From NCBI GenBank assembly GCA_037925075.1, contig JAXSNR010000001.1:416001-480000 (forward strand): a stretch of DNA of 64,000 nucleotides, given 5' to 3'. A program made the translations under genes and the position numbers. The notes below the pieces were generated by a model. The model ran no database searches. It was not told where the DNA came from and saw only the letters and a list, made by a program, of their open reading frames with translations. This DNA is from Aquificaceae bacterium (GTDB taxonomy: Bacteria > Aquificota > Aquificia > Aquificales > Aquificaceae). Positions 60,715 to 64,000 of the stretch are shown here, piece by piece (within the stretch, counting starts at the first letter, position 1; each line of letters begins with the position of its first letter).

Positions 60715-62040
60715 CTAATCCTTCTCTAACCTCTCAAGGCGGATAGCTTTGTCTTTTAGCTTAAACTCCGCAAGGCTAATGCCCACTGACCTTCCACAAA
60801 CTATGGCGTACTTTGCGTTTTGGGTTTTCACTAAGGACCTTAAGGGCTCTCCCTTCCAAAGTCCTACATACAAACATACGGATTTTTCCTGCGGGCACTC
60901 ACAGGCTATTGGGTCTTCTTTGTCTATCAGCTTTAGCATCTTTTGTGCAAGTTTTTTCCTTGAGGTTTCCATGCTTTCCGCATAGGGGAAGAAGAAAAGC
61001 CCATGAAGGAACTTGAGAAGGATAACAGTAGAAAGAGTTAAAAAAAACAGTCTTTTAAAAGCGTTAAACTTCATGGCTTTGTGTAGGTAGTAGGAAAAAA
61101 GCACAGCCAGTAAGGGATACAAAGGCATTATATATCTTCCTGCTGAGTCTGATATCCAGTAGGGAAGGTAGTTGAGCAAGAAAATTAAAGCAAGAACCTT
61201 GAGAGGGGTCGGAAAATGGAATTCTCTTCTTATGGCATACAAAGACAAAAGAAACAAAAAACTCCAAGGAAGCAAGTCCTTAAGGTTTATGAAGGGAAAA
61301 AGAAGCATATGTTTTAACCTTGAAAACTCTCCACCAACCCTGCTAAAGCTTTCCCTCCAGAGGTTTTCAAGGTATGTGATAGGGTCTGGCACTTGAAGTA
61401 TCCACAAAAGGGGTACAAAGAGGGCTGGTACATACAGGTAAAGGGTGCTTGTACCGAAAAGTAGGCTCATTTTCTTGCTGTAAAGGGCAAGGGCTAAAAG
61501 GGACATGCCCAAAAAGGCATAGGCGGGAAGGCCCTTTAGAAGAAAGGCTATGCCAAAGGCAAAGCCCGCAAAAAGCCCTGCCATCCTTGACCCAGTCCAC
61601 CAAAGGTAGAGAAGGAAGATGCCGAGGGATACAAAAAAGGTAAAGGTTATGTCAATCTCCGCAAGAAAGCCGTAAAAGAAAAACACATTTCCAAAGGTCA
61701 GGAAAACAAGAGAAGAAAGGAAGGAAAGGGAAGGGCTTCTAAAAAGAATATGGGTAAAAACGCCCACCATAAAGGTGGTAAGCATTAGAAAGGTCAGGCT
61801 AACAGCCCTTGCGGTCATCTCACTCCAAGGAATAATATGGGAGTAAAGAAGGATAAGCCAGTTAAAGAGGGGAGGCTTGTTAAAGTAGGGCTCGCCAAGA
61901 AAAGTGGGCTGAAGGTAGTTCCCAAAATGCCCCATCTCAAAGGCAACCTGAACCCGAAGAGATTCTTCACCTTTAAAAGGGTACCTATGGAGGTTTGGCA
62001 AAAGGCTCAAAAGGGCAAGCAGTATGAAGATTAGAAACAT
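60715..62040 (-). CDS. ArnT/GT39-like membrane glycosyltransferase
   Basis: EE acidic motif in the first loop, YFNKPPL, KG, RY; polytopic. Start taken at ATG 62040 (TGATG overlap with gatA). Confidence 0.82.
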   Translation of the reverse strand: MFLIFILLALLSLLPNLHRYPFKGEESLRVQVAFEMGHFGNYLQPTFLGEPYFNKPPLFNWLILLYSHIIPWSEMTARAVSLTFLMLTTFMVGVFTHILFRSPSLSFLSSLVFLTFGNVFFFYGFLAEIDITFTFFVSLGIFLLYLWWTGSRMAGLFAGFAFGIAFLLKGLPAYAFLGMSLLALALYSKKMSLLFGTSTLYLYVPALFVPLLWILQVPDPITYLENLWRESFSRVGGEFSRLKHMLLFPFINLKDLLPWSFLFLLSLYAIRREFHFPTPLKVLALIFLLNYLPYWISDSAGRYIMPLYPLLAVLFSYYLHKAMKFNAFKRLFFLTLSTVILLKFLHGLFFFPYAESMETSRKKLAQKMLKLIDKEDPIACECPQEKSVCLYVGLWKGEPLRSLVKTQNAKYAIVCGRSVGISLAEFKLKDKAIRLERLEKD

Positions 62041-63479
62041 CACAAGGCAGGTTCCATCTCGTAGTGTTTGTAGAGGTGCTCCCACCAGTAGGAAACCCTA
62101 AGAAGCAGTCCTTCATCAAAAGCTTTTCCTATGAGCTGTCCGCCCACTGGAAGCCCACCAGACATGCCAATGGGTATGGATATACCGGGAAGGCCCGCAA
62201 GGTTTACACTTACCGTGAAGATGTCCGAAAGGTACATGGCGATAGGGTCTGAGGTTTTTTCTCCAAAAGGGAAGGCTGTGGTGGGGCTTGTGGGTGTGGC
62301 GATAAGGTCTACCCTCTCAAAGGACCTTTCAAAGTCTTGGGCTATGAGCCTGCGCACCTTCATAGCCTTTAGGTAGTAAGCGTCGTAGTAGCCAGCGGAC
62401 AGGGCAAAGGTGCCAAGAAGTATCCTTCTCTTTACCTCAGGTCCAAAGCCCTCATCTCTTGTTTTTGCGTACAGCTCAAAAAGGTCCTTGTATTCTCCCG
62501 TCCTGTAGCCAAACCTGACACCGTCATAACGTGCAAGGTTGGAAGAAGCCTCTGAGGGTGCTATTATGTAGTAGCAGGGTATGGCGTACTTCACATGGGG
62601 AAGGGAGACCTCCTCCACCTGTATGCCCTCCTTTTCCATTTCTTTTAGGAAGTTTTCAAAAGCCTTTTTTACGCCCTCCTCTATTCCATCTTGCATAAAC
62701 TCCCTTATCACACCTACCCTAAGGCCCTTTACCTCTTTTCCAAGTTCCTCTGTGAACCTTGGAACGGGTCTTTTGTCGCTTGTGGAGTCTCTTTGGTCAT
62801 GTCCCGATATGACCTCCATAAGGACCGCCACATCCTCCGTCCGCCTGCCAAAAGGTCCAATCTGGTCAAGGGAAGAGGCAAAGGCAACAAGCCCGTACCT
62901 TGAAACCCTTCCGTAGGTGGGCTTAAGACCTATAACTCCACAAAAGCTGGCAGGTTGGCGAATAGAACCCCCCGTGTCCGAGCCAAGGGAAAGGGGAGCA
63001 GAGCCTACAGCAACAGCGACCGCAGAGCCACCGGAGGAGCCACCGGGCACCCTCTCCAAGTCCCAAGGGTTTCTCGTGGGAAAATAGGCTGAGTACTCGG
63101 TGGAAGAGCCCATGGCAAACTCATCCATGTTGGTCTTTCCCACTATTAAAGCTCCAGCCCTTTTGAGCCTCTCTATAACCGTCGCATCGTAGGGAGAAAC
63201 ATAGCCCTGAAGTATCCTTGACGCACAGGTGGTAGGATAGCCCTTTACATTTATGTTGTCCTTTATGGCTACAGGGATACCCGCAAGTGGCATATAATCT
63301 GTAATCTTCAATGCCTTTGCTTTCTCAAAAGCCTGCTCATAAAGAGGTGTTATATAAGCCCTTACCTTTTCCTCCCTTTGTAAAAACTTTTCATAAAAGC
63401 TTTGAAGTACCTCTTCGGGTCTTAGTTCTCCTTTCTTTACAAGAGAGACAAGCTCTGAGATGGGCTTTTTGTACAGCAT
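62040..63479 (-). CDS. gatA: Asp/Glu-tRNA amidotransferase subunit A
   Basis: [45 protein letters not shown]. Confidence 0.97.
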   Translation of the reverse strand: MLYKKPISELVSLVKKGELRPEEVLQSFYEKFLQREEKVRAYITPLYEQAFEKAKALKITDYMPLAGIPVAIKDNINVKGYPTTCASRILQGYVSPYDATVIERLKRAGALIVGKTNMDEFAMGSSTEYSAYFPTRNPWDLERVPGGSSGGSAVAVAVGSAPLSLGSDTGGSIRQPASFCGVIGLKPTYGRVSRYGLVAFASSLDQIGPFGRRTEDVAVLMEVISGHDQRDSTSDKRPVPRFTEELGKEVKGLRVGVIREFMQDGIEEGVKKAFENFLKEMEKEGIQVEEVSLPHVKYAIPCYYIIAPSEASSNLARYDGVRFGYRTGEYKDLFELYAKTRDEGFGPEVKRRILLGTFALSAGYYDAYYLKAMKVRRLIAQDFERSFERVDLIATPTSPTTAFPFGEKTSDPIAMYLSDIFTVSVNLAGLPGISIPIGMSGGLPVGGQLIGKAFDEGLLLRVSYWWEHLYKHYEMEPAL

Positions 63480-63496
63480 GGTTTATAGTTTAACAT
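63480..63496. promoter_or_regulatory. Bidirectional leaderless promoter (gatA / methyltransferase)
   Basis: 17-bp spacer; + TATAGT 63484-63489 and - TGtTAAACT 63495-63487, each 7 nt from its ATG. Confidence 0.6.
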
Positions 63497-64000
63497 ATGC
63501 GGGCTTTTGACCTACATGCGGAGAGGTATGACCTTTGGTATGACCTGCCTTTTGGTAGATCCGCCTACAGCCTCGAGGTGGAATGTCTAAAAAGGCTACA
63601 CAAACTAAATGGACCTTCTCTTGAGGTGGGCGTGGGTAGTGGTAGGTTTGCAAAGGCTCTCGGAGTGCAGTACGGCGTAGATACCTCTCGGGAGCTTTTG
63701 AAGAAGACAAAGGAAAGAAGCATAAGGGTAGTTCAAGCTCATGCGGAAGGGCTACCCTTCAAAGACCATGTTTTTGAAAGTGTTTTCATAATAGTTTCCC
63801 TATGTTTTTTTGAGAAACCACTGGAAGCCCTTTTAGAGGCAAGGCGTGTGTTAAAAGGTGAAGGAAAGCTTGTCTTGGGTCTTGTGCTTTCCGAAAGCCC
63901 TTGGGCGGATTTCTACAGACAGAAAGCCAAACAGGGACATCCCCTTTACTCTTTGGCTAAGTTTTACTCTTACGATGAGCTAAAAGAGATGCTTTCTTTG
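63497..64000 (+). CDS. Class I SAM-dependent methyltransferase (3' truncated by the window end)
   Basis: Not in the ORF track. Manual translation MRAFDLHAERYDLWY...LEVGVGSGRF...GVDTS...AEGLPF...RRVLKGEG, open to 64000. Confidence 0.88.
   Translation, partial: MRAFDLHAERYDLWYDLPFGRSAYSLEVECLKRLHKLNGPSLEVGVGSGRFAKALGVQYGVDTSRELLKKTKERSIRVVQAHAEGLPFKDHVFESVFIIVSLCFFEKPLEALLEARRVLKGEGKLVLGLVLSESPWADFYRQKAKQGHPLYSLAKFYSYDELKEMLSL

Noticed and set aside
63483..63710. 75-aa minus-strand ORF at the window end
   Set aside because: Shadow of the plus-strand methyltransferase that the track missed because it lacks a stop in the window.

Overview
A very compact, gene-dense window of core chromosome, most likely from a thermophilic Aquificaceae bacterium (Hydrogenobacter/Thermocrinis/Aquifex-like). 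That assignment is inferred from a bacterial Trm1, tandem tatA genes, a split atpF'-atpF-atpH cluster, rplT-pheS without infC/rpmI, a two-subunit pyruvate carboxylase, SorAB, and K/E-rich proteins. It holds about 70 CDSs, mostly housekeeping (translation, cofactor, amino-acid, lipid and cell-wall synthesis). It also carries an RND efflux triad, three c-di-GMP-related genes, pilT/pilC, a fused MNT-HEPN gene, a sulfite:cytochrome c oxidoreductase, tRNA selenouridine synthase and several lineage-type hypotheticals. I found no rRNA, tRNA, CRISPR array, transposase, integrase or prophage. The most striking non-coding pattern is that about 25 genes have a -10-like hexamer (TANNNT) 6-9 nt before the start codon and no Shine-Dalgarno, which suggests pervasive leaderless transcription. 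Three divergent gene pairs whose start codons are only 17-18 bp apart share overlapping reciprocal -10 boxes. Other leads are a GC-rich hairpin/SD/uORF element between dapF and hemE, an HD-GYP/GGDEF-murF-PilZ coupled run, an rpsB leader pseudoknot, and hypotheticals resembling DnaD, a pilin, YkgJ and MenJ. All calls come from reading motifs by eye; no database search was run.
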